DNA of 64,000 nucleotides from the NCBI GenBank assembly GCA_945865675.1, contig CAMBFO010000003.1:1909-65908 (forward strand). Direction: 5' to 3'. This stretch comes from Comamonas sp. lk. Its GTDB lineage: Bacteria; Pseudomonadota; Gammaproteobacteria; Burkholderiales; Burkholderiaceae_C. Made by a program: the position numbers and the translations under genes. Shown piece by piece: positions 9,066-17,717 of the stretch. The notes beneath the pieces were generated by a model, which saw nothing but the letters and a program-made list of their open reading frames with translations, was not told where the DNA came from and did not search any database. Within the stretch, counting starts at the first letter, position 1. Each line of letters starts with the position of its first letter.

Positions 9066-12000
9066 GTGCCCACCGCCGCCCCGTTCCCCGCCTATGCCGA
9101 GTTGTACGCCATCAGCGCGTTCAGCTTTCAGCATGGCGCGTCCCTGCCGCAGGAGTTGGTGGCGCGGGCCAAGGCTTTGGGCTATGCGGCGTTGGCGCTG
9201 ACCGATGAGTGTTCGGTGGCGGGCGTGGTGCGCGCGCACGAGGCGGCGCGTACGGCGGGCTTGCAGTTGTTGCCGGGCGCTGAGTTTGGCGTGCGCGCGG
9301 TGGCAGGGGATACGCTGTTGCGCTTCGTCGCTTTGCCGCACGATTTGCAGGGCTGGGGCAATCTGTGCGAGTTCATTAGCAGCGCGCGTCGCGCCGCACC
9401 CAAGGGGCAGTACGCGCTGCATTGGCAGCCTGCGCAAGGCGGTTGGGCGGCCTGGCCAAGCTTGGCGGGCAATGAGATTATTTTGCTTTTGCCACCTGCT
9501 TTGTCGATGGAAAAAGCCTGTGTGATTGCAGCGGCTGCGCGCGCGCACTATGGCGCGCAAGTGTGGTTAGGCGCGACGCGCAGCTTGGGCGCGCAGGACG
9601 CGCTGCACAGCTTGCGCACACGCCAGATCGCGCGCTTGACTGGCTTGCCAGTTGTTGCGGTGGGCGCGGTGCAAATGCATGTGCGCTCGCGCAAACCTTT
9701 GCACGATGTAATCACCGCCGTGCGTTTGCGCCTGCCGGTAGCACAGTGCGGGCGCGGTTTGCAGGCCAACGCGGAGCGGCATTTACGCAGCCGCGCGCGC
9801 TTGGCAAGTTTGTTTGATGCCCAGCACTTAGCGAACACGCTGGAGATTGCCAATCGCTGTCATTTTTCATTAGACAGCTTGCGTTATCACTACCCGTTGG
9901 AGGCGGTGTTACCGGGGCAGACCCCGGCGCAAACGTTGCGCCATTACACTGAAGAAGGCGCCCTGGTTCGCTACCCCGCAGGCATGCCCGAGAACGTACG
10001 CGCGCAGGTGGAGCATGAGTTGGCGCTGATCGCCGAACTGAAGTACGAGATGTACTTCCTTACGGTGCACGACATCGTGCGCTTTGCGCGCAGTCGCGGC
10101 ATCTTGTGCCAGGGGCGCGGCTCGGCGGCCAATTCGGCGGTGTGCTACTGCTTGGGCGTGACCGAGGTGGACCCTTCGCGCATGAGCGTACTGTTTGAGC
10201 GCTTTATCTCGCGTGAGCGTGACGAGCCGCCCGATATTGATGTGGACTTTGAGCACCAGCGGCGCGAAGAAGTTATCCAATACATCTACGCCAAATATGG
10301 CCGCGAGCGCGCCGCTATTACCGCCGTGGTCACCCGCTACCGCCCGCGCAGTGCGCTGCGCGATGTAGGGCGCGCGCTGCAAATTCCCGAAGCCCTGATT
10401 AACGCGCTGGCCAAAGAGCACCCCGGTATGTATGGCCGCACTGTGCTGGCCGAGCGCTTGCAAAGTGCGATTGCGCGCGCAACTGCAACTGTGACTTCTT
10501 CGTGTGCAACAAGCCAGGGCGGCAGAGGGCTCAGCGTAGGTAAAGGAGGAGCCCGCGCAGCGGGCGGGGGACACGGAGCAGGGCGCTCTGCCGCTCTGGC
10601 GTCCACCGAGGAAAACGAAGCACAGCGCTCTACCGCCCAGGCATATGACGAAGCAAGTGACTTCACCATCCCACCACCTCGTCGCCTGCAACTCTGGCTT
10701 GACTTGGCCACCCAGCTACAAGGCTTCCCGCGCCACCTGAGCCAACACGTAGGCGGCTTTGTGCTGACGCAAGGTCCGCTGACGCGCATCGTGCCGGTAG
10801 AAAACGCCGCCATGCCTGAGCGCAGCATCATCCAGTGGGACAAAGACGACCTGGACACCGTGGGTTTGCTCAAAGTCGATGTGCTGGCCTTGGGCATGCT
10901 CAGCGCTATCCACCGCTGTTTGGACTTGATCGGTCAGTGGCGCGGCAAGCCGCTGCGCCTGCAAGACATCCCGGGCGAAGACCCGGCGACCTACGACATG
11001 ATTTGCCAAGCTGATACCGTGGGTGTTTTCCAGATCGAGAGCCGTGCGCAAATGAGCATGCTGCCGCGCCTCAAACCCCGCTGTTTTTACGACCTGGTGG
11101 TGCAAGTGGCGATCGTGCGGCCCGGCCCCATCCAAGGCGGCATGGTGCATCCTTACCTCAAAGCACGCGCCAACCCGCAAGCCGTGCAATACGCCAGCGC
11201 GGCTTTGCAAGAAGTGCTCAAACGGACTTTGGGCGTGCCGATTTTTCAGGAACAGGTGATGCAAATCGCCATGGCGGCGGCCAACTTTAGCGGTGGCGAG
11301 GCCGACAGCCTGCGCCGCTCCATGGCCGCCTGGAAACGCCAGGGTGGGGTACAGCATTTTTACGATCGCCTGGTCGGCGCCATGGTCGCCAATGGCTACA
11401 CGCAAGACTACGCCGATGCCTTGTTCAAACAAATCGAAGGCTTTGGCGAATACGGCTTTCCCGAAAGCCATGCCGCCAGTTTTGCGCTGCTGGTCTATGT
11501 GAGCTGCTGGCTCAAATGCCACGAACCCGCCTGCTTTCTGGCTGCCATGCTCAAAAGCCAACCGCTGGGCTTTTACAGCCCCAGCCAATTGGTACAAGAC
11601 GCCCGCCGCCACGGCCTCAGAGTGCTGCCCGCAGACGTGAGCCACAGCGACTGGGATTGCTCTCTCGAACAATCGGAAAAATCGGGGTCAGAACCCAATT
11701 TACAACCGGCCATCCGTTTAGGTTTGCGCATGGTGGCGGGCTTGCATGCGCGCGCGGCTTTGCGTATCAGTGCGGCACGCGGGCAGGGGGCTTTTGCCAG
11801 TACCGAGGACTTGGCTTTGCGCTGTGTGCTGGACGCGGGCGACCTCAAAGCCTTGGCCAGCGCAGACGCTTTGTTATCGCTTAGCGGCCACCGCCGCCAG
11901 CAGGTATGGGACGCGTCGGCGCTGCACCGTGCGCCCGCGCTCTTGCAAGGTGCGCCGGTGTATGAAAAGCCGCTGGTCTTGGCCGCAGCGCATGAAGCGC

Positions 12001-12422
12001 AGGAAGTGCTGTTTGACTATGCGGCTACCGGTCTTACTTTGCGCAGCCATCCGCTGTCGTTTTTACGCGCGCGCCTGGCAGCTAAAAACCTGCTGAGCGC
12101 CGCGCAGTTGCGCGACTTGCCGCATGGCCGTTTGGTGCGCGCCTGCGGCATCGTCACCATGCGCCAGCAACCACAAACCGCCAAAGGCGTAGTCTTTGTG
12201 ACCCTGGAAGACGAGACGGGTTGCATCAACGTTATCGTCTGGAAAAGCCTGAAAGACAAACAGCGTGTCGAGTTATTGCGCGCGCGTCTGTTGGCCGTCT
12301 ATGGCGTCTGGCAGCGCGACGAAGACAGCGGCGGCCAGGTACGCCACTTGATAGCCAAGCGCCTGGTGGATTTGACGGACTGGTTGGGTGATTTATCCGC
12401 AGGCAGCCGAGATTTCCGCTGA
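9066..12422 (+). CDS. dnaE2: Error-prone DNA polymerase DnaE2 (ImuC)
   Basis: PHP domain YAEL..S.FSF, CQGRGSAANS, PPDIDVDFE, FPESHA, C-terminal SRDFR motif. Confidence 0.97.
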   Translation: MPTAAPFPAYAELYAISAFSFQHGASLPQELVARAKALGYAALALTDECSVAGVVRAHEAARTAGLQLLPGAEFGVRAVAGDTLLRFVALPHDLQGWGNLCEFISSARRAAPKGQYALHWQPAQGGWAAWPSLAGNEIILLLPPALSMEKACVIAAAARAHYGAQVWLGATRSLGAQDALHSLRTRQIARLTGLPVVAVGAVQMHVRSRKPLHDVITAVRLRLPVAQCGRGLQANAERHLRSRARLASLFDAQHLANTLEIANRCHFSLDSLRYHYPLEAVLPGQTPAQTLRHYTEEGALVRYPAGMPENVRAQVEHELALIAELKYEMYFLTVHDIVRFARSRGILCQGRGSAANSAVCYCLGVTEVDPSRMSVLFERFISRERDEPPDIDVDFEHQRREEVIQYIYAKYGRERAAITAVVTRYRPRSALRDVGRALQIPEALINALAKEHPGMYGRTVLAERLQSAIARATATVTSSCATSQGGRGLSVGKGGARAAGGGHGAGRSAALASTEENEAQRSTAQAYDEASDFTIPPPRRLQLWLDLATQLQGFPRHLSQHVGGFVLTQGPLTRIVPVENAAMPERSIIQWDKDDLDTVGLLKVDVLALGMLSAIHRCLDLIGQWRGKPLRLQDIPGEDPATYDMICQADTVGVFQIESRAQMSMLPRLKPRCFYDLVVQVAIVRPGPIQGGMVHPYLKARANPQAVQYASAALQEVLKRTLGVPIFQEQVMQIAMAAANFSGGEADSLRRSMAAWKRQGGVQHFYDRLVGAMVANGYTQDYADALFKQIEGFGEYGFPESHAASFALLVYVSCWLKCHEPACFLAAMLKSQPLGFYSPSQLVQDARRHGLRVLPADVSHSDWDCSLEQSEKSGSEPNLQPAIRLGLRMVAGLHARAALRISAARGQGAFASTEDLALRCVLDAGDLKALASADALLSLSGHRRQQVWDASALHRAPALLQGAPVYEKPLVLAAAHEAQEVLFDYAATGLTLRSHPLSFLRARLAAKNLLSAAQLRDLPHGRLVRACGIVTMRQQPQTAKGVVFVTLEDETGCINVIVWKSLKDKQRVELLRARLLAVYGVWQRDEDSGGQVRHLIAKRLVDLTDWLGDLSAGSRDFR
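10491..10661. repeat. 171-nt palindromic (MITE/RPE-like) element inserted in-frame in dnaE2
   Basis: Outer and inner inverted arms (10513-10531 vs 10624-10642, 16/19 complementary); encodes 57 low-complexity residues. Confidence 0.65.
11678..11701. repeat. Short REP-like hairpin (GGGGTCAGA core) inside dnaE2
   Basis: AAATCGGG-GTCAGAA-CCCAATTT imperfect palindrome in a variable linker. Confidence 0.45.
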
Positions 12423-12486
12423 TAGTCTTGCCGCCCCATACTCGCTGCCAGGCCTTGCTTAGAATCTCTCGAAACAAGGAAACAAC

Positions 12487-13650
12487 ATGAAAAAAATAAT
12501 TTACGGCCTACTGTTGGTACTGGCCGCGCTGGCGCTGGCGATTCAGCTAGGCGGCCATGGCTATTTTTGGAAAGCCCTGGCCAGCACCTATTTCCAGGGG
12601 CATAGCACCGCGCATATTGACGACGCCAACAATTTTGCGCAAAGCAGCATCGCCGCAGGCGCGCCCCAGGCCTGGCCCAAAGACGCGCGCTACAACCAAA
12701 AAACCTTGGACCCGGCCATGGCGTCCTATTTGCAGCAGCACGGTACGGCAGCATTTGTGGTGGCACAAAAAGGCGCTTTGGTGCATGAGCAATATTTCGG
12801 CGCTTATTCCGCCCAAAGCCGCACCAACTCGTTTTCCATGGCCAAAACCATCACTACCTTGCAGGTGCAACAAGCTGCGCAGCAGGGCTTTATCAGCAGT
12901 TTTGACGCACCCTTGACCGAGCGCCTCCCCGAATACGCGCAAGACCCGCGCGGTCAAAAGGCCACCGTGTCGCAACTCTCCAGCATGAAGTCCGGCCATG
13001 ACTGGACAGAGAACTACTACCTACCGCTCAACATCACCACCGATTTGTATTACGGCAAAGACGCTGAAAAACTGGTGCTCGGCCAAGGCTTTGAGCGTGA
13101 GCCTGGCACCGAGTACGAGTACAGCAGCGGCAGCACCCAGCTATTGGGGGTTTTTCTCAAGCGTGCATTGCAGGCCAAGGAGCCGGGCCTGACTATTAGC
13201 GGGCATTTGTCGCGCAGCCTGTGGGTGCCGCTGGGTATGGAAAGCGATGCGATTTACACCCTGGACCGCGAAGGAAGCGCGGGCGGTATGGAGCGTGCCT
13301 ACTGCTGCATTTTTGCCACGGCGCGAGACTTTGCCAAGTTTGGTCAACTGCTGTTGCAAGACGGGCAGTGGAACGGCCAGGCCTTGCTGGACAAGGCGTT
13401 TGTAGAGCGTATCCGCAAGCCTGATTTGCAGCCCTATTACGGACATTCTCTGTGGATGGATTGGACGTATAAGCACCCGTTTTATTTTTTACAGGGTCAC
13501 CAAGGCCAGTACGTCATCGTGGTGCCTTCGCTAGACCTGGTGGTAGTGCGCACCGGCCAGACCCGGGACAAAAAAACCAAAGGCCCCAATGGCATCACGC
13601 CGGCTGAGGTGTATCGATTTGTCGATCAGGCGGTGGCGATGGTGCAGTAA
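12487..13650 (+). CDS. Serine hydrolase, beta-lactamase/AmpC-like family
   Basis: SMAK (SxxK), YSS, ARDFAKFGQL, GHQGQ; N-terminal signal or anchor. Confidence 0.85.
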   Translation: MKKIIYGLLLVLAALALAIQLGGHGYFWKALASTYFQGHSTAHIDDANNFAQSSIAAGAPQAWPKDARYNQKTLDPAMASYLQQHGTAAFVVAQKGALVHEQYFGAYSAQSRTNSFSMAKTITTLQVQQAAQQGFISSFDAPLTERLPEYAQDPRGQKATVSQLSSMKSGHDWTENYYLPLNITTDLYYGKDAEKLVLGQGFEREPGTEYEYSSGSTQLLGVFLKRALQAKEPGLTISGHLSRSLWVPLGMESDAIYTLDREGSAGGMERAYCCIFATARDFAKFGQLLLQDGQWNGQALLDKAFVERIRKPDLQPYYGHSLWMDWTYKHPFYFLQGHQGQYVIVVPSLDLVVVRTGQTRDKKTKGPNGITPAEVYRFVDQAVAMVQ

Positions 13651-13727
13651 ACCAATGCTATGCGCATTAATGCGCACTAGCCCCAGAACATTGGTATTCT
13701 TCAAGCTGAACCCTAAATCAATACAAA

Positions 13728-15272
13728 ATGCTCGAAGACATCAAAAAGACCCTTTGGGCATCGGCCGACAAGCTGCGCGCCAACATGGACGCTGCCGAAT
13801 ACAAGCACTTGGTGCTCGGCCTCATCTTCGTTAAATACATCTCTGACGCCTTTGTGGCGCGCCAAGCCGAGCTGAAAACCCGCCTGCGCGATCCGGCTGA
13901 CGAGCTCTTTTATGGCGATGCGGCCGACGAAGACATTGCGGCTGAGCTGGAAGACCGTGACTACTACACCAGCGAAAACGTGTTTTGGGTGCCCGAAGGT
14001 GCCCGCTGGGAAGCGCTGCGTGCGGCCGCGCCCCAGCCCGACATTGGCAAACGCGTTGACGACGCGCTGACCGTGATCGAGGCCGACAACCCCAAGCTCA
14101 AAGGTATCCTCGACAAACGCTTTGCCCGCGCCCAATTGCCCGACGGCAAGCTGGGTGAGCTGGTCAACCTCATTTCCACCATCGGCTTTGGTGATGACCC
14201 ATCGAAGGCCCGGGACATCTTGGGCCAGGTGTACGAATATTTCTTGGGCATGTTTGCCAGCGCCGAAGGCAAGCGGGGCGGGCAGTTTTACACGCCCGCA
14301 AGCATCGTCAAAACACTGGTGGCCGTGCTCTCGCCCAGCAAAGGGCAGATTTACGACCCCTGCTGCGGGTCGAGCGGCATGTTTGTGCAGTCTGAAAAGT
14401 TCATCGAAGACCACGGCGGCAAGCTGGGCGATGTGTCCATCTATGGCCAAGAGGCCAACCCCACCACCTGGCGCTTGGCGGCCATGAACCTCGTCATTCG
14501 GGGCATGGACTACAACCTGGGCAAAGAGCCCGCCGACACCTTCACCCGCAACCAACACCCCGACCTGCGGGCCGATTTTTGCTTGGCTAATCCGCCTTTC
14601 AACATCAGCGATTGGTGGCACGCCAGCCTGGACGGCGACGCCCGCTGGGTCTATGGCACGCCCCCGCAAGGCAACGCCAACTACGCTTGGCTGCAACACA
14701 TCCTGCACCACCTCAAGCCCACGGGCAGGGCGGGCATTGTGCTGGCCAACGGCAGCATGAGCAGCAGCCAAAACTCTGAGGGCCAAATCCGCGCCGCGAT
14801 GGTGGATGCCGACGTGGTGGAAGTGATGGTGGCCTTGCCCGGCCAACTGTTCTTCAACACGCAAATCCCCGCGTGCTTGTGGTTCTTGGCCAAACAGAAA
14901 AAGCGCAAGGGCGAAGTGCTGTTCATCGACGCCCGAAAACAAGCCACCATGATCAGCCGCGTGCAAAGCGAGCTGACCGACGAAGTGATCGAGCGCATCA
15001 GCCAAATCGTGGCCGCTTGGCGTACGGGTGGTGACAGCTACCAAGACATTGCAGGCTTCTGCCGCAGCGTGACCCTTGCCGAAATTGCCCAGCACGGCCA
15101 CGTGCTCACCCCCGGCCGTTACGTGGGTGCGGAAGAAGTGGAAGACGACGACGAAGCCTTTGCCGACAAGATGCAAAAGCTCACCGAAAAGCTAGGCGAG
15201 CAAATGGCCAAAGGCGCCGAGCTGGACGCGCTGATCCGCCAGAAGCTGGGGGGGCTGGGGTATGAGTTCTGA
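13728..15272 (+). CDS. hsdM: Type I R-M methyltransferase subunit M
   Basis: GQFYTP, YDPCCGSSG (motif I), ANPPFN (motif IV, m6A), LTPGRYVG. Confidence 0.96.
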   Translation: MLEDIKKTLWASADKLRANMDAAEYKHLVLGLIFVKYISDAFVARQAELKTRLRDPADELFYGDAADEDIAAELEDRDYYTSENVFWVPEGARWEALRAAAPQPDIGKRVDDALTVIEADNPKLKGILDKRFARAQLPDGKLGELVNLISTIGFGDDPSKARDILGQVYEYFLGMFASAEGKRGGQFYTPASIVKTLVAVLSPSKGQIYDPCCGSSGMFVQSEKFIEDHGGKLGDVSIYGQEANPTTWRLAAMNLVIRGMDYNLGKEPADTFTRNQHPDLRADFCLANPPFNISDWWHASLDGDARWVYGTPPQGNANYAWLQHILHHLKPTGRAGIVLANGSMSSSQNSEGQIRAAMVDADVVEVMVALPGQLFFNTQIPACLWFLAKQKKRKGEVLFIDARKQATMISRVQSELTDEVIERISQIVAAWRTGGDSYQDIAGFCRSVTLAEIAQHGHVLTPGRYVGAEEVEDDDEAFADKMQKLTEKLGEQMAKGAELDALIRQKLGGLGYEF

Positions 15273-16551
15273 GTGGCCACTAGTTCGTTTGGGAGATTTA
15301 ATTAGTTTGAAGGGTGGTTTTGCCTACAAGGGGGAGTACCTTGGATCACAGGGAGCAGTACTTCTCGGAATGGGAGTTGTATCGTATTCGGAGCGGTTTT
15401 TAAAAACCGGAATCAAGCGCTATAGCGGTGAATTACCTCCTCCTCATCGAGTAGTGGCTGGGGATATGGTTATTGCAACACGACAGCAGTCTGACAATTT
15501 GCCCATTCTCGGTTGCCCAGCAATTGTTCCAACAGATTTGCCTAGTGATGAAGTAGTCGTCGGAACAAATTTGTACAAGGTAACAAATACATCCGATGTT
15601 GAGACTCAATTTTTATACTGGTTGCTCCGTGGCAAAGAATATCAACGAAGGATTGTTGATTGCTCTAAGGGAACGACTGTACGAATGATCACAAAGGATG
15701 CTGTTGAAGACTTCTGTTTTGGTTGTCCCCCTCCAAAAATTAGAAAAGAAATTACAGATTTATTGGATGCAATCGACGACCGCATCACCCTCCTGCGCGA
15801 AACCAACACCACGCTCGAAGCCATCGCCCAAGCCCTGTTCAAGTCCTGGTTCGTGGACTTCGACCCCGTCCACGCCAAGATACAAGGCCGCGCCCCCGAA
15901 GGCATGATTGAGGCCACCGCCGCCCTGTTCCCCGCCAGATTTGAGGATTCTGAGTTGGGGCCTGTGCCGAAGGGGTGGCGGAATGTCAGTTTGAAGGAGG
16001 TTGTTTCAATACATGATTCAAAACGCATTCCGCTATCAGGGCAAGAGCGCGATAAACGTCAAGGCCCATATCCTTACTATGGTGCGGCGGCATTGATGGA
16101 CGCGGTTGATGACTATCTTTTTGACGGTGTCTACTTGTTGACCGGCGAAGATGGATCAGTTGCTGACGCGAATGGTTATCCGATCATGCAATATGTGTGG
16201 GGCAAGTTCTGGGTAAATAACCATGCGCACATCCTTCAGGGTAAGGATGGAGTAGCGACCGAACACGTCATGCTTTCCATGCAGCGGACGAATATCACGC
16301 CCTACATAACTGGAGCGGTGCAGGCCAAGCTCAGTCAAACAAATATGTGGCGTATCAATTTTATAAAGCCGACCCGCGAAGTTGCTGAACATTTCGGCTC
16401 CATACTGGAACCCCTATTTGTTCGCTTTCGCCATAACTCTGAGCAAGCCAAAGCACTGGGCACGTTGCGCGACACCCTCCTCCCCCGTCTAATCTCCGGC
16501 CAATTACGCATCTCCGACGCACTGACTGAAACTGAAGCGGAAGGCGGTTGA
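15262..16551 (+). CDS. hsdS: Type I R-M specificity subunit S
   Basis: Two variable TRDs, conserved N.TLEAIAQALFKSWFVDFDPV and LRDTLLPRLISG. Confidence 0.95.
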   Translation: MSSEWPLVRLGDLISLKGGFAYKGEYLGSQGAVLLGMGVVSYSERFLKTGIKRYSGELPPPHRVVAGDMVIATRQQSDNLPILGCPAIVPTDLPSDEVVVGTNLYKVTNTSDVETQFLYWLLRGKEYQRRIVDCSKGTTVRMITKDAVEDFCFGCPPPKIRKEITDLLDAIDDRITLLRETNTTLEAIAQALFKSWFVDFDPVHAKIQGRAPEGMIEATAALFPARFEDSELGPVPKGWRNVSLKEVVSIHDSKRIPLSGQERDKRQGPYPYYGAAALMDAVDDYLFDGVYLLTGEDGSVADANGYPIMQYVWGKFWVNNHAHILQGKDGVATEHVMLSMQRTNITPYITGAVQAKLSQTNMWRINFIKPTREVAEHFGSILEPLFVRFRHNSEQAKALGTLRDTLLPRLISGQLRISDALTETEAEGG

Positions 16552-16553
16552 CC

Positions 16554-17315
16554 ATGTTTGCAAAGCTCTTCAGTGACTATCTGGTATTTGTCGATGAAAG
16601 CGGCAGCCCGTCTATGGGGAAAATTGACCCGGACTTTCCATTGTTGGTGTTGGCTTTCATGATCGTTCGCAAGGATGAATACGTGCAACAAGTTGTGCCA
16701 GCTGTGCAGGCATTCAAGTTCCAGCACTTTGGGCATGATCAGGTCATCTTGCACGAGCGGGAGATTCGGCGCGATCTTGGGTCGTTTGCGTTCCTCAAGA
16801 CCCGTGCGCTCAAGCAGGCCTTTCTGGACGAACTGACGGCTATTGTTGAAAAGGTGCCATTTCATTTGGTGTCGGTGGTTATCCGCAAAGATTTGCTGCA
16901 AAAGCGTTACACCCAGCCCGAAAACCCCTATCACTTGGCCTTGCAATATGGGCTGGAGCGCATCAGTGCATTTCTGCACTCCCAAGGAGAATGGAAAACC
17001 GGGGCAAGCGGAAACGCCAAAGTGCACTTGGTGGTGGAGCGGCGTGGGCGCAATGAAGACGATGAACTGGAACTGGAATTTCGCCGCATCTGTGATCGTG
17101 GCAACTACAACCAGGAGTCGTTCGCGTTTGAAGTGGTGTTTGCCGACAAGCAATCCAACTCTTCGGGATTGCAATTGGCCGATTTGATGGCGCGACCAAT
17201 GGGCATGTCGGTGCTCAAGCCAGAGCAGGCCAACCGTGCGGTGGATGTGATCAAGCGCAAGTTGGTTCAGGTCAATGGCCGTGCAGCAGGGTGGGGCTCT
17301 AAGGTCTTTCCGTGA
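16554..17315 (+). CDS. DUF3800 domain protein (putative RNase H-like-fold nuclease)
   Basis: N-terminal VFVDESG, LHEREIRR, C-terminal GLQLADLMARP and GWGSKVFP; alternative TTG start at 16548. Confidence 0.85.
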   Translation: MFAKLFSDYLVFVDESGSPSMGKIDPDFPLLVLAFMIVRKDEYVQQVVPAVQAFKFQHFGHDQVILHEREIRRDLGSFAFLKTRALKQAFLDELTAIVEKVPFHLVSVVIRKDLLQKRYTQPENPYHLALQYGLERISAFLHSQGEWKTGASGNAKVHLVVERRGRNEDDELELEFRRICDRGNYNQESFAFEVVFADKQSNSSGLQLADLMARPMGMSVLKPEQANRAVDVIKRKLVQVNGRAAGWGSKVFP

Positions 17316-17317
17316 GC

Positions 17318-17380
17318 ACAAAAACAAAGGCCCCCGACAACCGCCGGAGGCCAATGCCGACCGAGAATCCCCAGTCCGTG
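17318..17380 (-). ncRNA. Putative small structured RNA convergent with DUF3800 (DUF3800-RNA-motif-like)
   Basis: Minus strand: TG-C-AATAAT extended -10-like box, hairpin GACUGGG-GAUU-CUCGGUC, 10-bp terminator GGCCUCCGGC-GGUU-GUCGGGGGCC plus UUUGUUUUU; G-U pairs work only on the minus strand. Confidence 0.6.
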
Positions 17381-17406
17381 GGCGAATTATTGCACAAAGG
17401 ATAGAT

Positions 17407-17622
17407 ATGAAAATGCCCCTCAGCAAACTCGAGCGCGTCCCTCTGAGCGAAGCCTGGAAGCACGAAGCCAACGACTTCACGCCTTGGCTGGCCGAAGAAG
17501 ACAACCTCAACACGCTGGCCGATGCGCTGGGTCTGCCCGACCTGAAGCTGGTAGCAACTGAACAAACCCAAAAGCCGCAGCCTCCGAATTGGCAGGACAT
17601 ATCCACCAGCCGCGCGGGCTGA
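17407..17622 (+). pseudogene. Truncated N-terminal fragment resembling DUF4268-associated proteins
   Basis: LSKLERVPLSEAWKHEANDFTPWLAEEDNLNTLADALGL with good RBS (AAAGGA); similarity ends at about LVATE, then a short tail and stop. Confidence 0.7.
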
Positions 17623-17717
17623 AGTCCTATTTTCAACTCGAACACATCGCACGCCCATCATGTTAAAAAAAATGAAAATTTTTTACATGACAAAGCCCTC
17701 ATGTTAAAAATCTAAAC

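Noticed and set aside
10491-10661. Intein in DnaE2
   Set aside because: Too short, and lacks the N-terminal Cys/Ser block and C-terminal His-Asn; palindromic DNA explains it better
14355-14385. HsdM motif I variant CCGSSG as an inactivating mutation
   Set aside because: Conservative variant; NPPF and the rest of the ORF are intact
13713-15176. Long antisense ORFs over hsdM, and similar ones over dnaE2, RND, gcvP, fhs and hsdS/DUF3800
   Set aside because: Shadow ORFs expected from GC-rich codon bias; no recognisable motifs
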